A DNA stretch of 63,704 nucleotides, counting the filler, from Octopus bimaculoides (taxonomy: Eukaryota), in the NCBI RefSeq assembly GCF_001194135.2. It is 4 parts of 4 records of this genome, joined end to end, with 100 filler letters (N's around TTAATTAATTAA, not from the genome) between each part and the next. Parts side by side here need not be neighbours in the genome. Positions count along the whole stretch, not along the records: positions 1 to 27,629 come from NC_069006.1; 3 more parts are not named here. One strand, 5' to 3'. Positions within the stretch are counted from its first letter, which is position 1. Every line of letters begins with the position of its first letter. Position numbers and translations under genes: made by a program. Of this stretch, positions 1 to 13,282 are shown in pieces. Below the pieces are notes generated by a model that had not been told where the DNA came from, ran no database searches, and worked only from the letters and a program-made list of their open reading frames with translations.

Positions 1-340
1 GATGATACACACATATATATGCACATATATAAAAACATATATACATATATACACATATACATATACACATATACATATATACAGACACATATATATATAC
101 ACATATATATATATATATACATATATATACAGACACACACACATATATATAATATATACATAATATATACATACATATATATACATATATAGACACACAC
201 ACACATATATACATACATACATATATACATACAAATATACATACACATATACATACATATATACACACACACATACATATATACACACAGACATACATAC
301 ATATATACATACACACACACTCAAACATATATATATAATT
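1..340. repeat. (TA/CA)n compound microsatellite
   Basis: Degenerate TA/CA dinucleotide run. Confidence 0.95.
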
Positions 341-689
341 GCGTTAACCACTCGGCCAAATATTTATAGAGAGAGAGATAGATAAAAATAGAAAGTCCTT
401 GGTAGAGTACTATGTATTTGAAAGCATGAATAGAAATGGCTCGTCTTGATAATTTTTCCACTTTAATATTTATAAATATTTATAAATCAGTTAATTTTTT
501 AAGAGAAAAAAATTATCAGAAAAGTCATTTCTATTCATTTTTTCAAATATACTAACATACATCTTGTGAATATATACATACATTCATCCATATACATAAT
601 ATACAGGTATACATGCAGACACACACTCATATACATTGTACATATGTATGAAAGTATGTATGTAAACACAATGTGTGTGCGTGTGTGCA

Positions 690-975
690 TGAGGTGTTGT
701 GGTCGTAATCAGGAAATCATGGCTCCAATTCGTAGACCAGGTGGCACATTGTGTTCTGGAGCAAAACACCCCATCTCACAATGCTCTTGCAATCACTTCG
801 ACACCTGATGCACGGCACACCGTGCACCTGTTCAGACGACGTTGATGTGATGGAGGGAGTGAGCCAATATGTGGCACGAAAATTTGATCACTATAAACAA
901 ATCATTCGTGCAAGTCATTTGTCAAAAGCTGAACGTTCATAATTTGTCTTCAATGGAAAAGTCCATCATATGCAC
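690..975 (+). mobile_element. Degenerate SINE-like dispersed repeat (related copy at ~3720-3895)
   Basis: Block gatggagggagtgagc...tttgatcactataaacaaatca...agtccatcatatg is shared with 3720-3895; eroded tRNA-like 5' part. Confidence 0.5.
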
Positions 976-1772
976 ACATACAAACGCACACAGATATATC
1001 TATACATATACTGTATTTGATGGCACATAAGGAATGCATTATTTCCTCCAAAAATGTCTCAAAATAATCACCCCCAGATCCTATCTGCTAAGTTAGGGGT
1101 CTGCATTACATGCTTTAATGCACTAAAATTTTTTTCTCCTGACTATGTACAGCTGGAATTGGAGTGCATCTAGTACGTCCATCCATATTTTATACCCTCA
1201 ATTACAATATATTACACACTAGCTGATCACATGCCATCAATAACGACAGCTAACTGAAGTATTTTATATATAAATAAGGTCCATAATAATCACACATACA
1301 AATATTCACATACTTCCCTTGTACACACACACACACATACACACATATGCTCACACAGAGTTGAAACGCTGATTTTTTTTCTCAGCTCTTCCTTCCTTAT
1401 TCATCTATCACCCCTTCCTTTCTCTCATTGCTATTACTTTCTCTCACTCCCACTCAGTCAGGGCTATTACTCTCACTACTTTTCCTTCACTGAATTACTA
1501 TTTTCTTTCCTCCGCATCCAACGGGATTCTGGACAAATATATATATATATATATATTTGCCCTAACTCTTTGAAATGCCAGTGTTAGAATGGTGGTAGCA
1601 GATGAAGGAAATGTTCTCTATGTGGCCTGTGTGTTTTCTGTACTCTGTTTATCAATTTGTCTACGTTTTGTTTGCAACGTCCTGTACCCAGATATGCATC
1701 TATATATACAGGTAGATGTAGGTATGTACATACATGTATGTATATATGCATATATTCTTTTATTATATATAT

Positions 1773-2098
1773 TGGACTGACTCCTGTGCAGGTGGCACGT
1801 AAAATACACCATTTGAGCGTGGCTGTTGCCAGTACTGCCGGACTGGCTCCTGTGCAGGTGATACGTAAAATACACCATTTGATCGTGGTTGTTGCCAGTA
1901 CTGCCGGACTGGCCCTCATGCTGGTGGCACATAAAAAGCATCCACTACACTCTCAGAGTGGTTGGCGTTAGGAAGGGCATCCAGCTGTAGAAACTCTGCC
2001 AAATCAGATTGGAGCCTGGTGTAGCCATCTGGTCCACCAGTCCCCAGTCAAATCGTCCAACCCAGACGTCAAACGACGATGATGATGATGATGATGAT
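1773..2098 (+). mobile_element. 5'-truncated RTE-LINE 3' UTR copy with ~61-bp internal subrepeats and (GAT)n tail
   Basis: Matches the 3' end of the RT-bearing element at 61960-63704 (opposite strand). Confidence 0.85.
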
Positions 2099-2399
2099 AT
2101 ATATATATATATATATACAAATATATAAAAACACTATGCTTATTATTATATAAGGAGATGAATTTGTGTGTGTGTGTGTGTGTGTGTGAGTGAGAGGAAG
2201 AGTAGAAGATAAAAGCTGTGACTTACTTATGGAAGTCATCAATACAATGAATTTGGTTGGTAGCATCGACTGTAAAAGGCACACCATCAAGACTTTTACC
2301 ACAGACCACACATGTGAAACAGGAAGGATGGTAGGGTTTGCCCGTAGCTCTCAACAACTGGTAGCAGTGCCATAGTGATCATATTGGTGGGTTGAGTGG

Positions 2400-2780
2400 T
2401 GGTGGGAGAGAGAGAGGAATGAAGGAAGGAGGGAAGTAATTGGCAGAGAGAAGGAGGGAGGGAGAGTGGTGGCAGGAGATAGGAAAAGAATTGGAGATAA
2501 AAAAAAGTGGAAAGAGAAAGCAAGAGAGGGGAGGGGAGGGGAGAAATTATAGGAGAAATGGGTGGAGGAAGAGTTTATAAGAGAGGGGTGGAGGAGGGGT
2601 TAAATGAGAGGAGAAGGAGAAAGAGTTAGAGAGAGAGATGGAAGAGGAGTTAAAGGAGAAAGAGAGAGAGAGAAGAGAATGGAGGAAAAGAATCAGAGGG
2701 AAAAGAGAAGTAGAGGGAGGAAGGGTTGGAGTAAGAGTGTGTTTGGGAGGAGGAGGAGGAAAGAGAAAAAAGAAAAAGAA
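2400..2780. repeat. Purine-rich (GA/GGA) low-complexity tract
   Basis: Almost pure A/G on the + strand. Confidence 0.9.
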
Positions 2781-3403
2781 AAATTAATTAAAAATACAAC
2801 AAAGTTCAATAAAAAAAATTTATTCAATGAAAAACTTAATCCAGGATTGAACTACACTACCCATCCTGCCACCTGCATGCTCAAATATCAAAACAAATCT
2901 AACATTACCACACACACCTCCCTCTCCTTTATAACTACCATTCCTTTGTCTCTTTCCATCATCTTCTACTCCTCCCCACCAAATACACACAGAACTACCC
3001 ACATACCCCAATCAACCGTTCCCTTGGTCAAAATTGATAAGCAACCCTCCGTTATACATCCACTGCTTCTAATGTTAATGCCATATCGCCTGAAGAAATG
3101 TACACATGAACCATGATCCACCTGATGTCCATGGATACTAAGGACTGTACAATAGTCATACCAGGAATACAGACTATGATCATAAGAAACATGTGATTTG
3201 TGGAAATGCGCGTAGCAATGCATAGAAATATTTATAAATAATCCACGGATTATTATTATTACTATATTTATCCTACATTATCAGCACAGCTTGATGCAAC
3301 CCCAAAAATTGCTACTGCCAGTTGCTATCATCAGGCTGTACCCAGCATTATTATACAGGACCTTTTAAATGCATATTGAAAAACTATTCTCATAAACAAA
3401 CTT

Positions 3404-3434
<31 letters not shown>

Positions 3435-3904
3435 CTTTATTTAAAAGCAGCAGAAATATAACAAAAAAACCGTTACTCTCAGAGATGTACTTGCATACCA
3501 AGTAACTTGATCTGAGATCAGGTACTGAAACAAAAACAATTGCAGTGTGGAAGATGTTTATAAGCCAATTAAAAACACACAAAAGCCGTTAGATTCACTT
3601 CAACATTTAAATCTAATTTGCGTCAAAATATTTTCGTTGTTTTGAAACCGTGACCTGTTCACTGGTTAGGGTGACCTGTTCACTGTTCACTTCATTTCAC
3701 GTTGCTCTGCGATCATTTCATCATCTGACATGTGGAACATGGTGCACCTGTACAGGTAATGTCAATTTGATGGAGGGAGTGAGCTTATGTCTACACAAAC
3801 ATTTGATCACTATAAACAAATCATCTGTGTGGTTGTTCGGTAAGAAATAGTTGAACTCTGATACATCGTCTAACGATGGGAGAGTCCATCATATGTATAT
3901 ATTG

Positions 3905-4145
3905 GAATCTTATATGTATACCATTCTGCCTAAACAATGGATTTACAAATACAATATCCCTACATTTACTCTCTATTTCCTATCTTATCTAAACTAACTA
4001 TTGCTTAACCATCCTCTCACACCGTCTCCGTTAAAGGGATATAATAAATATCCTGGAAACAGCTGTAAGACCTTCTATTTATAAATGTTCTATATTATAC
4101 ACAGCCTTGGTTTTTTTATCTCATTACGAAAAGTAAATCCTTATA
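3905..4145 (+). mobile_element. Penelope-like pseudo-LTR relic with degenerate hammerhead motif
   Basis: gtct-ccgttaa-aggga..tcct-g-gaaac-agct-gta-agac at 4024-4071. Confidence 0.4.
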
Positions 4146-4146
4146 T

Positions 4147-4177
<31 letters not shown>

Positions 4178-5014
4178 ATTAATAATAAAAGGGTAAAATT
4201 AATTGATTAAATTAATTAATCAATCAATTAGCTATATATAGACTATATATATATATATACTACAAAATGTACATGTAGGACAGACACGACAACCCTAATA
4301 CTTCATCAGTTATCGACCCAAAAATACTAATACCTAGTTTCATGCTTTTAATGTTAAGACTAGGAACTTTGTATATCGGCGGCACCTGCAAGATGTGCAG
4401 AGACAACCTGCCTGACTTGTCTCTACATCACAATATCAGCACAACAATGAGACCAATAACTCTACTTACCCGATCAATAACAGGTTTTGAACAAACTGAA
4501 CATTTTTCAAGGGTGTTCTGTAGAGAGAGAAAGAGAGAGAGAACATATTAAGGACATTATTACTGAGAGGTAAACCAGAAGTAGTAACAACAACAATAAT
4601 AATAACAGGGAACTTAAGTCAATAAGAGGACTTCTAAATGGTCATACAACCAGCTGAAAATAGTAGCCAAATCCCCTCTCAAATCACACTTTGCCATATT
4701 ACAGAATACATACATTAGATAAAATTAGTCCCAGACACCCATAAAATATTCATGACTGAATGTCTTTGGTCATAAGTTAATTCAAACAGGGTTACATAGT
4801 TGCATTATGCACATCTTGTGGATACAGTTAGATGTCTGATGTCTTCTACTGTATGAGTTAGAACTGCACATAGGTTACCATCATCCAGTCAGTTTCCAGT
4901 GCAGTGGTTAATCAACAACTGTACTTAGCAGTGTTACTGGTTATGATACACAGAACATATGTAGTGGAAAATTAAGATTTATCTTAATTCTTCTGATGTG
5001 TGTGGGGGTGGGGG

Positions 5015-5900
5015 GAGATCTGATCACTGAGTATCTGGACTGCTGCTATAGTAGCAAAGCTAAAGGATGGAGAATGAAGCCACTTGGCACAGATTGACCT
5101 TGAGCTTTGCTGTGCATATGCACTAAATTTTAATGTTTTAGCTCATTTCCACTGTTTACAGAAGTGCTTGGAAGGAAGGTGTGTAGTGTGTGATCATTGC
5201 ATTGACCATGACAGAGAAAGTTGAGCAAAAAATTTGCATCAAATTTTGCCAAAAGGCTTGGTCATACCTGCTCATGGGCCTACACAAAGTTTTCAAAAAG
5301 ATTTCATCATTCTCAACACAATCAAGGAGATCTTGTGCCACTGAAACCCAAGTGTCCTTTTGGTCAGCTGAAAGCAGTTTTGGCACAAGCTTGGCAGACG
5401 TGCGTTTCATACCCAAATCTTCTGGAGTAATGTTGAACTGAATTGAACCGTAACTAATCTGCACATCCTCTGATAACTCATGGATGGTGATTCGATGATT
5501 TCCCCTCACAGCTGCATGCACTTCTGTGATGTTTTTCTCAGTTCTGCTGGTTACAGGACTCCCAGAATGTTCGTCAATATCAACATTTTTTTAGCCATCT
5601 TGGAAACGTCTGAACCACTCGTACACTTGTATGCAACTCATACACTCCTCTCCATACACTTTCTGCAACTTCACGTAGGCCCCTGAGCAGGTATCACGAT
5701 GACAACTTTCTCTGTCATGGTCAATGTGATGATCCCATGCCACACACCTTCCTTCCAAGCAAGAGTGAGCTAGTATGTTAAAAACTTAGTGCACATGCAC
5801 AGCAGAGTTCAAGGTCAATTTGTGCCAAGCAGCTTCATTCTGCGTGCTTTAGCCTCATTACTATGGCAACAGTCCAGATACTTATTGATCAGACCTCATA
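5015..5900. mobile_element. Mariner-derived non-autonomous element with long inverted arms and internal transposase HTH fragment
   Basis: Ends gatctgatca..gtatctggac / gtccagatac..tgatcagacctcata. MTEKVEQKICIKFCQK on +; HRITIHELSEDVQISYGS..LGMKRTSAKLVPKLL on -. Confidence 0.85.
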
Positions 5901-6055
5901 CACACACACACACACACACACAAACTATGTATACTGTACAATCACATGGTACCTTTTTACAGGTAGGTGGACTGTACTTTTATGTGATATTTACATACAG
6001 CTAAGTAGATTATATCTCCTTGTGGTACCTATCTGCAGTCTAATAGGCTATATTT

Positions 6056-6520
6056 CATCATCATCATCATCATCGTCGTTTAACGTCCGCCTTCCATGCT
6101 AGCATGGGTTGGACGATTTGACTGAGGACTGGTGAAACCGGATGGCACAACATGATATATATACAGCCATTTGAGCGTGATCATTATCAGTGTTGCCTTA
6201 CTGGCACTTATGCCGCCGGCACGTGATAAAGCATTCGAGCGAAGTCATTGCCAGTGCCGCTGGACTGGCTCCTGTGCAGGTGGCATGTAAAAAACACCAT
6301 TTGAGTGTGGCCGTTGCCAGTACCACCTGACTAGCCCTTGTGTCAGTGGCATGTAAAAGCACCCACTACACTCTCTGAGTGGTTGACGTTAGGAAGGGCA
6401 TCCAGTTGTAGAAACTCCGCCAGATCAGATTGGAGCCTGGTGCAGCCATCTGGTTCGCCAGTCCTCAGTCAAATTTTCCAACCCATGCTAGCATGGAAAG
6501 TAGATGTTAAACGATGATGA
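6056..6520. mobile_element. Two RTE 3' UTR fragments, head-to-head (6056-6147 minus; ~6165-6520 plus)
   Basis: catcatcgtttaacgtccgc..catgctagcatggg motif and its reverse complement. Confidence 0.8.
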
Positions 6521-6673
6521 TAACAGATTGTACCAGGACAGTTGATTGGTACCATGTTTGGGTACAGTCCAAATGACTANNNNNNNNNNNNNNNNNNNNN
6601 NNNNNNNNNNNNNNNNNNNNNNNNNNNNNNNNNNNNNNNNNNNNNNNNNNNNNNNNNNNNNNNNNNNNNNNNN

Positions 6674-6704
<31 letters not shown>

Positions 6705-8671
6705 CTCAGCATATGCTGTGTCTTAAAAGCAACAACAGGAAAATGGTAGAGCAGTGAGAAAATGGTGATGGTGAAACATAGCAGTAGAGGAATAAGTGGT
6801 ACTCACAACATAACAAGATTCACAATAAGGTTTGGTCTCGATAGCATAGAAAGATTTACCACGGAGGATGGTCCCTGGAAATAGAAAGTGACAGTTAGTT
6901 AGGGTACTTGTAGTGGGGTACTATATGTGCTGTAGTGTGTTGCCTAGCATGGTTTGACCTGTAGCAGAGTGTGATGTCCTGGGCATGACCTTAAACTGCA
7001 TCTGGTAGTGGGACCCTGGTTAGGAAATTCCAGGGTTTCAAGCAGTGTGGAATCACTTCTTAGCCACTATTGTTCCAAGGTTAACTCTGACGCAACGTCA
7101 GGGTCCTGGCTATGGGTAAATAAGCATGTAACCACCCAAGCCAGTATATGTTGAAATCATGGGATGCAACATGGTGGATGTGAACTATTACTACAAAGAT
7201 ATCTTGCTGAATCAATTACAAATACCACTAAATGCTGACTGGATGAACAGACAACAAACCAGCAATGACCAGTATCAACAAGTTCGGTTAATGAATTACT
7301 GCTATCATCTATAGTCATGATGTGTGTGCAGATGAGATATTTCAGCTTGCAAAAGGTCAATGTGGCTAAACCCAAGCCAGACATTCATGCTGCATCACTT
7401 GATCTGGACATCTGGCCTGGAAGAGTTGCACTGGTCCAGGCGAGATGGGAAGTGTGATATGTGTCCCATGTGGTATGGTAACGAGTATAGTGTTAGGGTC
7501 TGTAGTATAGTATGGTGTATGCTGAAATGTAATGGGTCTCCACCTACTATTCTTTCTGGGAATAGAGGGTGGAAAATATGGAGGGATGGATAGAAATTTA
7601 TCCAGGGTCAAAGGATCACCAACTGACCAGGGCACACCAAAACCCAAATAGTGTAGTGGGCAGACATGAAAACAACAACACTATAGAGTAATGTGCATAT
7701 ATATATACAATGCAAAGTGTGTTACAATAGTTATGTGTATATGGTACAATATGTATGTATATAGTATAATTATATATATAAACTATAAATTATTTTAGAT
7801 GTTTACTGTTAATTTTTATAATAGTATTGATTATTAATTATTACATATAAGGAACAGAATAAACTATACATATTTTCATTTCCTTGTTTACAAACTATAA
7901 AATAGAGATAACATGTATATGCGTTATGACAGATGACAGTTAATAAATTTAAATCTGACATTGAAATAAGATGTAGATCCTCATTTGGTGTTATCTATAC
8001 GTAAATAGACATGCATTTCTTTTTGACCACTAAGCTGGGGATAAAGGATAGAGATTTTTTATTTACTTATAGTAGGGAGGGAGCTAAGAGTAAACCAAAG
8101 GACATTGTGGAAATACAAGAGTTATCATTTTAGTTTGTTTATAAAGCCTTAGTGCAGAACTGTGAATAGAACTACTTCTTTTGCGTCATGGTAGCTAAGA
8201 CAAAAACCCCTGGTATTGATTTTAAATGTCCTTTAAGTTTAATTACATTCCACTGATAACGTTCAAAAAGAAATTACAGGAGAATAATAATATACATATT
8301 TGTATTTTATTTTTTTATTATTTGCATGATATTGTTCACTTTTTGACAGAAACAGTTGTCTGGAAGTATTGGATAAGGAATTAATAAATCCATAATTAAC
8401 AACATAAATTAACAACATTAATAAATCCGTAATTAACAACATTAATAAATCCGTAATTAACAAAATCTGCTTCAGTTCACTTTATTTGATGTAATGCATT
8501 AAACATCGTTTAATGAATTATCTTTTTATAATGACAGTTTGGCTATAATACATTCAAATGGATATACGAAAATCATTAAAAAAACATACAACAGAAATTG
8601 GAAACCCAGGGAACAGTTCCCTTAGAAGATGAAATAACTTTTTCATCTGAATAAATATAATATATATATAT

Positions 8672-8982
8672 CATCATCATCATCATCATCATCGTTTAAC
8701 GTCCGCTTTCCATGCTAGCATGGGTTGGACATGTGTATATATATATATATATGGTAGTACATAAAAAGCACCATCTGATCATGGTCGATGCCAGCCCCCT
8801 CTGGCCCCTGTGCCAGTGGCACATAAAAAAAGCACCCACTACACTCTCAGAGTGGTTGCTGTTAGGAAGGGCATCCAGCTGTAGAAACTCTGCCAGATCA
8901 GACTGGAGCCTGGTGCAGCCTCCTGGCTTCTCAGTCGAACCATTCAACCCATACCAGCATAGAAAACGTTTGTTAAACGATG

Positions 8983-8985
<3 letters not shown>
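8672..8985. mobile_element. RTE 3' UTR fragments (short minus plus longer plus copy)
   Basis: Same family motif cacccactacactctc..ggaagggcatccagctgtagaaact. Confidence 0.8.
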
Positions 8986-9032
<47 letters not shown>

Positions 9033-9559
9033 CACATACACACACACACACATTCTGCTATATGGAATGTTACAAGTATATAAAGTATGATCTGTGTATA
9101 TATTTTATTAGCGGTGTGTGTATAATGCAATGTGTAAATTATGTGATGTGTGTATATGAGTCAATGAATGTGTCAAGTGTGTGCATATACTTACATATAT
9201 GTGTGTGGGTGTGTGAGTAAGTGTATATTTAGTGTGACCAACACTTGTAGCCAGTGTATTATGTTATGTTGGTCAGTAGGAGTCTTTCATTAAAATGTAC
9301 TCACTACTTGAGTTTTAATGAGGCTGCAATGTGTAATATTTACACACACACACACACACACACACCACACATGTACATATATACATACATACATACATAC
9401 GAACATACAAATAATTACATATAAAAACACAAACCCACCACAGAAACTCACAGACACTTCCTCTCTTATAAGCACTACACAGAAAACACACACACAAACA
9501 AACACAAACACTGTAGTTACCATTATAAGACAAATAGACGCAATGCACTCACAAATTAC

Positions 9560-9611
<52 letters not shown>

Positions 9612-10115
9612 NNNNNNNNNNNNNNNNNNNNNNNNNNNNNNNNNNNNNNNNNNNNNNNNNNNNNNNNNNNNNNNNNNNNNNNNNNNNNNNNNNNNNNNNN
9701 NNNNNNNNNNNNNNNNNNNNNNNNNNNNNNNNNNNNNNNNNNNNNNNNNNNNNNNNNNNNNNNNNNNNNNNNNNNNNNNNNNNNNNNNNNNNNNNNNNNN
9801 NNNNNNNNNNNNNNNNNNNNNNNNNNNNNNNNNNNNNNNNNNNNNNNNNNNNNNNNNNNNNNNNNNNNNNNNNNNNNNNNNNNNNNNNNNNNNNNNNNNN
9901 NNNNNNNNNNNNNNNNNNNNNNNNNNNNNNNNNNNNNNNNNNNNNNNNNNNNNNNNNNNNNNNNNNNNNNNNNNNNNNNNNNNNNNNNNNNNNNNNNNNN
10001 NNNNNNNNNNNNNNNNNNNNNNNNNNNNNNNNNNNNNNNNNNNNNNNNNNNNNNNNNNNNNNNNNNNNNNNNNNNNNNNNNNNNNNNNNNNNNNNNNNNN
10101 NNNNNNNNNNNNNNN

Positions 10116-10735
10116 NGTTGACTATATTGACCCCAGTACTCAAGTTGTTTTATCAACCCCGAAAGGACGAAAGGCAAAGTCGACCCTGGTGGAATTTGAA
10201 CTCAGAAATGCTGCTTAGCAGTTCACCCAGTGTGCTGACAATTCTTATTTCTTTATTGTCCACAAGGGGCTAAACATAGAGGGGACAAACAAGGACAGAC
10301 AAAGGGATTAAGTCGATTACATCAACCCCAGTACTCATCTGGTACTTAATTTATCGACCCCGAAAGGATGAAAGGCAAAGTCGACCTCGGCGGAATTTGA
10401 ACTCAGAATGTAACAGCAGACAAAATACGGCTAAGCATTTCGCCCAGCGTGCTGACAATTCTGTGTTGACAATTCTTCCAGCTCGCTGCCTTCGTTACAC
10501 AAATAATCCTTTCTACTAGAGGCACAAGGCCTCGAATTTGTGGGGAGGGGAATAGTCAATTACATCGACCCCAATGACGGGACTAGTCAATGTTTATCGA
10601 CCCTGAAAAGATAAAAAGTAAAGCCGACCTCGGCAGAATTTGAACTCAGAACGTGAAGACAGACGAAATGCCACCGCTAAGCATTTCGCCCAGTGTGCTA
10701 ACAATTCTGTCAGCTCGCTACCTTCGTTGCACAAA
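10116..10735 (-). mobile_element. Cluster of tRNA-derived SINE copies (family A)
   Basis: Repeated core cgaccccgaaaggatgaaaggcaaagtcgacctcggcggaatttgaactcagaa. On the minus strand it shows A-box-like ggcgagctggcag and B-box gagttcaaattcc. Confidence 0.85.
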
Positions 10736-11329
10736 TAACAACAACACATGCACAGGTTCAATTCCCCTCCTTTATTATTAGTCAATTGGTTAAATATCTA
10801 ATCAACTAACGAATCAATCGTTTGCTTAATTTGTTGGTTAAAGAGTCAGAGTCAATCGTTTATTTTGTTTCTGTTCATCAAAATTTCTTTAATTGCCATT
10901 TGCAACCTTAAGATTGGGTCAGAGAGGAAGATATAGAGATAACAACAGTCAACATAGAAAGCAGGTCTCGTGTCGACTGTGGGATTAAGAGGTTCATTTC
11001 CTAAATGCATAGCTTCAGGTTCAATCTCATGAAACAGCAGCACTAGGGACAAGTGATTTTTTTTTTACCATAGGCTCAGACCAACCCAAGCCTTATAAGC
11101 GATGCCTTCAGTGATGTTCAGTTTGTTGTATAAACAGAGAGGTCAGGCATCGGAGGGAGGGGGGTGAGGATAAGCTCATCACTTCCTGTAGTTGCCATGG
11201 CAATGACCTTCACCTTCTGACTAAGTCATACAGCAAACAACCAAAAAAAAAAGAGGTAAATAATCAAACACTTCACGTATTTTAATTACCAGCATCATCA
11301 GCACAATGTTACTATTACCAGTACTGTAC

Positions 11330-11770
11330 CATGGCCACTACCACTACCACCTTCACCACTACAGTACCACCACTACTACCACCAGTATGACAACAGTATC
11401 ACCACCAACATTTCTATAGTACCGTCACATTCACCAACACACCACTACCACCACTACTACCACCACTACTACCACCAGTATCACCACTAACACCAACACT
11501 TCTATAATACTATCACATTCACTACCACCAACACCACCACTATCACCAGTACCACAGCAGTGTTACCACAATCATCAATGCTTCTAATGGTACCGCCATC
11601 ACCAAAACAAGCACCACTACCACCCCACCACTATTTGACTACCACTATCACCATCACCACTACTATCACCAGTACCACAACAGTATTACTATGATCACCA
11701 ACACTTCTAGGGTACCACCACCACCATCCCCAACATCACTACCTATCACCACCACCACCCCATCGCCACA
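11330..11770. repeat. Degenerate (CAC/TAC)n trinucleotide repeat
   Basis: accactaccacc runs. Confidence 0.9.
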
Positions 11771-12029
11771 CATTACAAGTATTTTACATAAGTATTTTAT
11801 AAGTGACTTTATAAGACAAAAAGCGATTATGAATGTCACCTTCTGACAAATAGGCAAACAGGGACAAACAGACAGACAGAAAAACTGACTGGCACACACA
11901 CACTCACACACAGAGTTTGAGAATGCTAGATGTAAGGTAGGAATTTAACTATATACTAATGGATGTCACATGGAGGTACTAAATACAGGTGCCATGGGTA
12001 TTTGATAACTCTTGATTATCAGAATATAA

Positions 12030-13280
12030 CTCATTTCAAACCAATTAAAAAGTTTTCGTTTCCTTCAGATGCCCCACACACCCCACCCCATGGAATTATA
12101 AAATGCTAAAACAAGAAATGAAAAGCCATCCAGTGATTGTTGACATATGTGAGGAACGCAGTGATTTAGAAATTGCCAATGTTCTAAATGTGGCAGAATC
12201 TTTTGTGCACAAAGTTCAGGCAGAATTAAAAGCCTCCGATGGGAATGTTTTAAATGTATCGAAGAGAGAGAAAAGAAACATTCCAAAATGTTCAGACACA
12301 ATAAGGACACTGCAGTTCATCTAAAGGGTTCAGAACCTTATCAATGATTATCCTGGAAAATCAATGAGGGCCATTGCCAAAGAACCTAAGGTGTCTGAGT
12401 GGGCCATCAGAATGGTGGAACATGAGAATGTTCGACACTCAAGTATGTACTGAGAAGAGGCCACTTCATGCCTGGAAAGATGCAGGAAAACTGTTGGATC
12501 TATATTAAGCAGTCACTTAACAAGGTTAAAAACCCTTACAAACAAGAGAAATGATAGATGGTTATGTAAAGAACCTTCTGATGTCCCCAAATTTTCTCAC
12601 ATTTTTCCACAGGATCTTAAGAAATAAATGCTGCTGGAGAGAGTTATTAAATCCCAGATGGATGAAGTACACAATAGAAGGACATGAACCTTCTCACAGG
12701 GCCAACATAACCCAAGAATAGATGTCAGACAATCTTTGCAACAATATAACATCACATTTGTGCCTTCTAAACAAATTTAAACCTTTAACATTGAGATTCC
12801 TCTGTCAAATATGATGTTTATGTGGTCGTATTGTTTGGAATTGATCATGCATTATCTTGTAGCTGCAAGATTTTGATGATGCAACAGTTTATTTTTAGAA
12901 AGACATTGTAGGCTAGGTGTGAGAGGCTGGATCTGGCCATTTTGAACATAAAACAGGTAGAATATTTGGGCTGGATATGGCCAGTTTAATTGCTAAAGGG
13001 TTGAATCTCAGGACAACTGAATGTCTGGAGCATTCATGAAAGGGAGACAAATCAACATGCTCACAATGCCATAGCTTCACTGAAGCCTGTCAATGTCCAG
13101 GTGATGATCAAAATGAATAGGGACAATTTAGTGCAGGTATGTCAAGGATTCTAGTCTTGCACTGAAGAAGTTATGAAAGCCAAAGGTGGATTCATAGAAT
13201 AGTTATATAAGAAAGCTTATTGACATGTGCACGATTTTTTAATAAAATACATTTGTTTTTTTATGAGTTTAGAGTTGTTT
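12030..13280 (+). mobile_element. Degenerate Tc1/mariner-superfamily (maT-like) transposase remnant
   Basis: ERSDLEIANVLNVAESFVHKVQAELKASDGNV..PGKSMRAIAKE..; frameshifts and stops; interrupted by a MITE. Confidence 0.7.
12777..13004 (+). mobile_element. piggyBac-type MITE (~225 bp)
   Basis: ttaa-(a)cctttaacatt ... tgctaaagggttga termini; homologous to 13283-13894 and 37426-37654. Confidence 0.7.
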
Positions 13281-13282
13281 TA

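Noticed and set aside
6760-7660. Non-repetitive-looking stretch with short ORFs as possible further exons
   Set aside because: No convincing splice-site pair or motif; more likely an old LINE relic.
8380-8465. ~23-bp AT-rich tandem repeat; also tgaccaattctt x3 at ~23515-23550
   Set aside because: Short local slippage duplications with no further structure.
9290-10177. Long ORFs spanning N gaps (also 23154, 32496, 40053, 50577, 61516)
   Set aside because: Open only because N codons are not stops.
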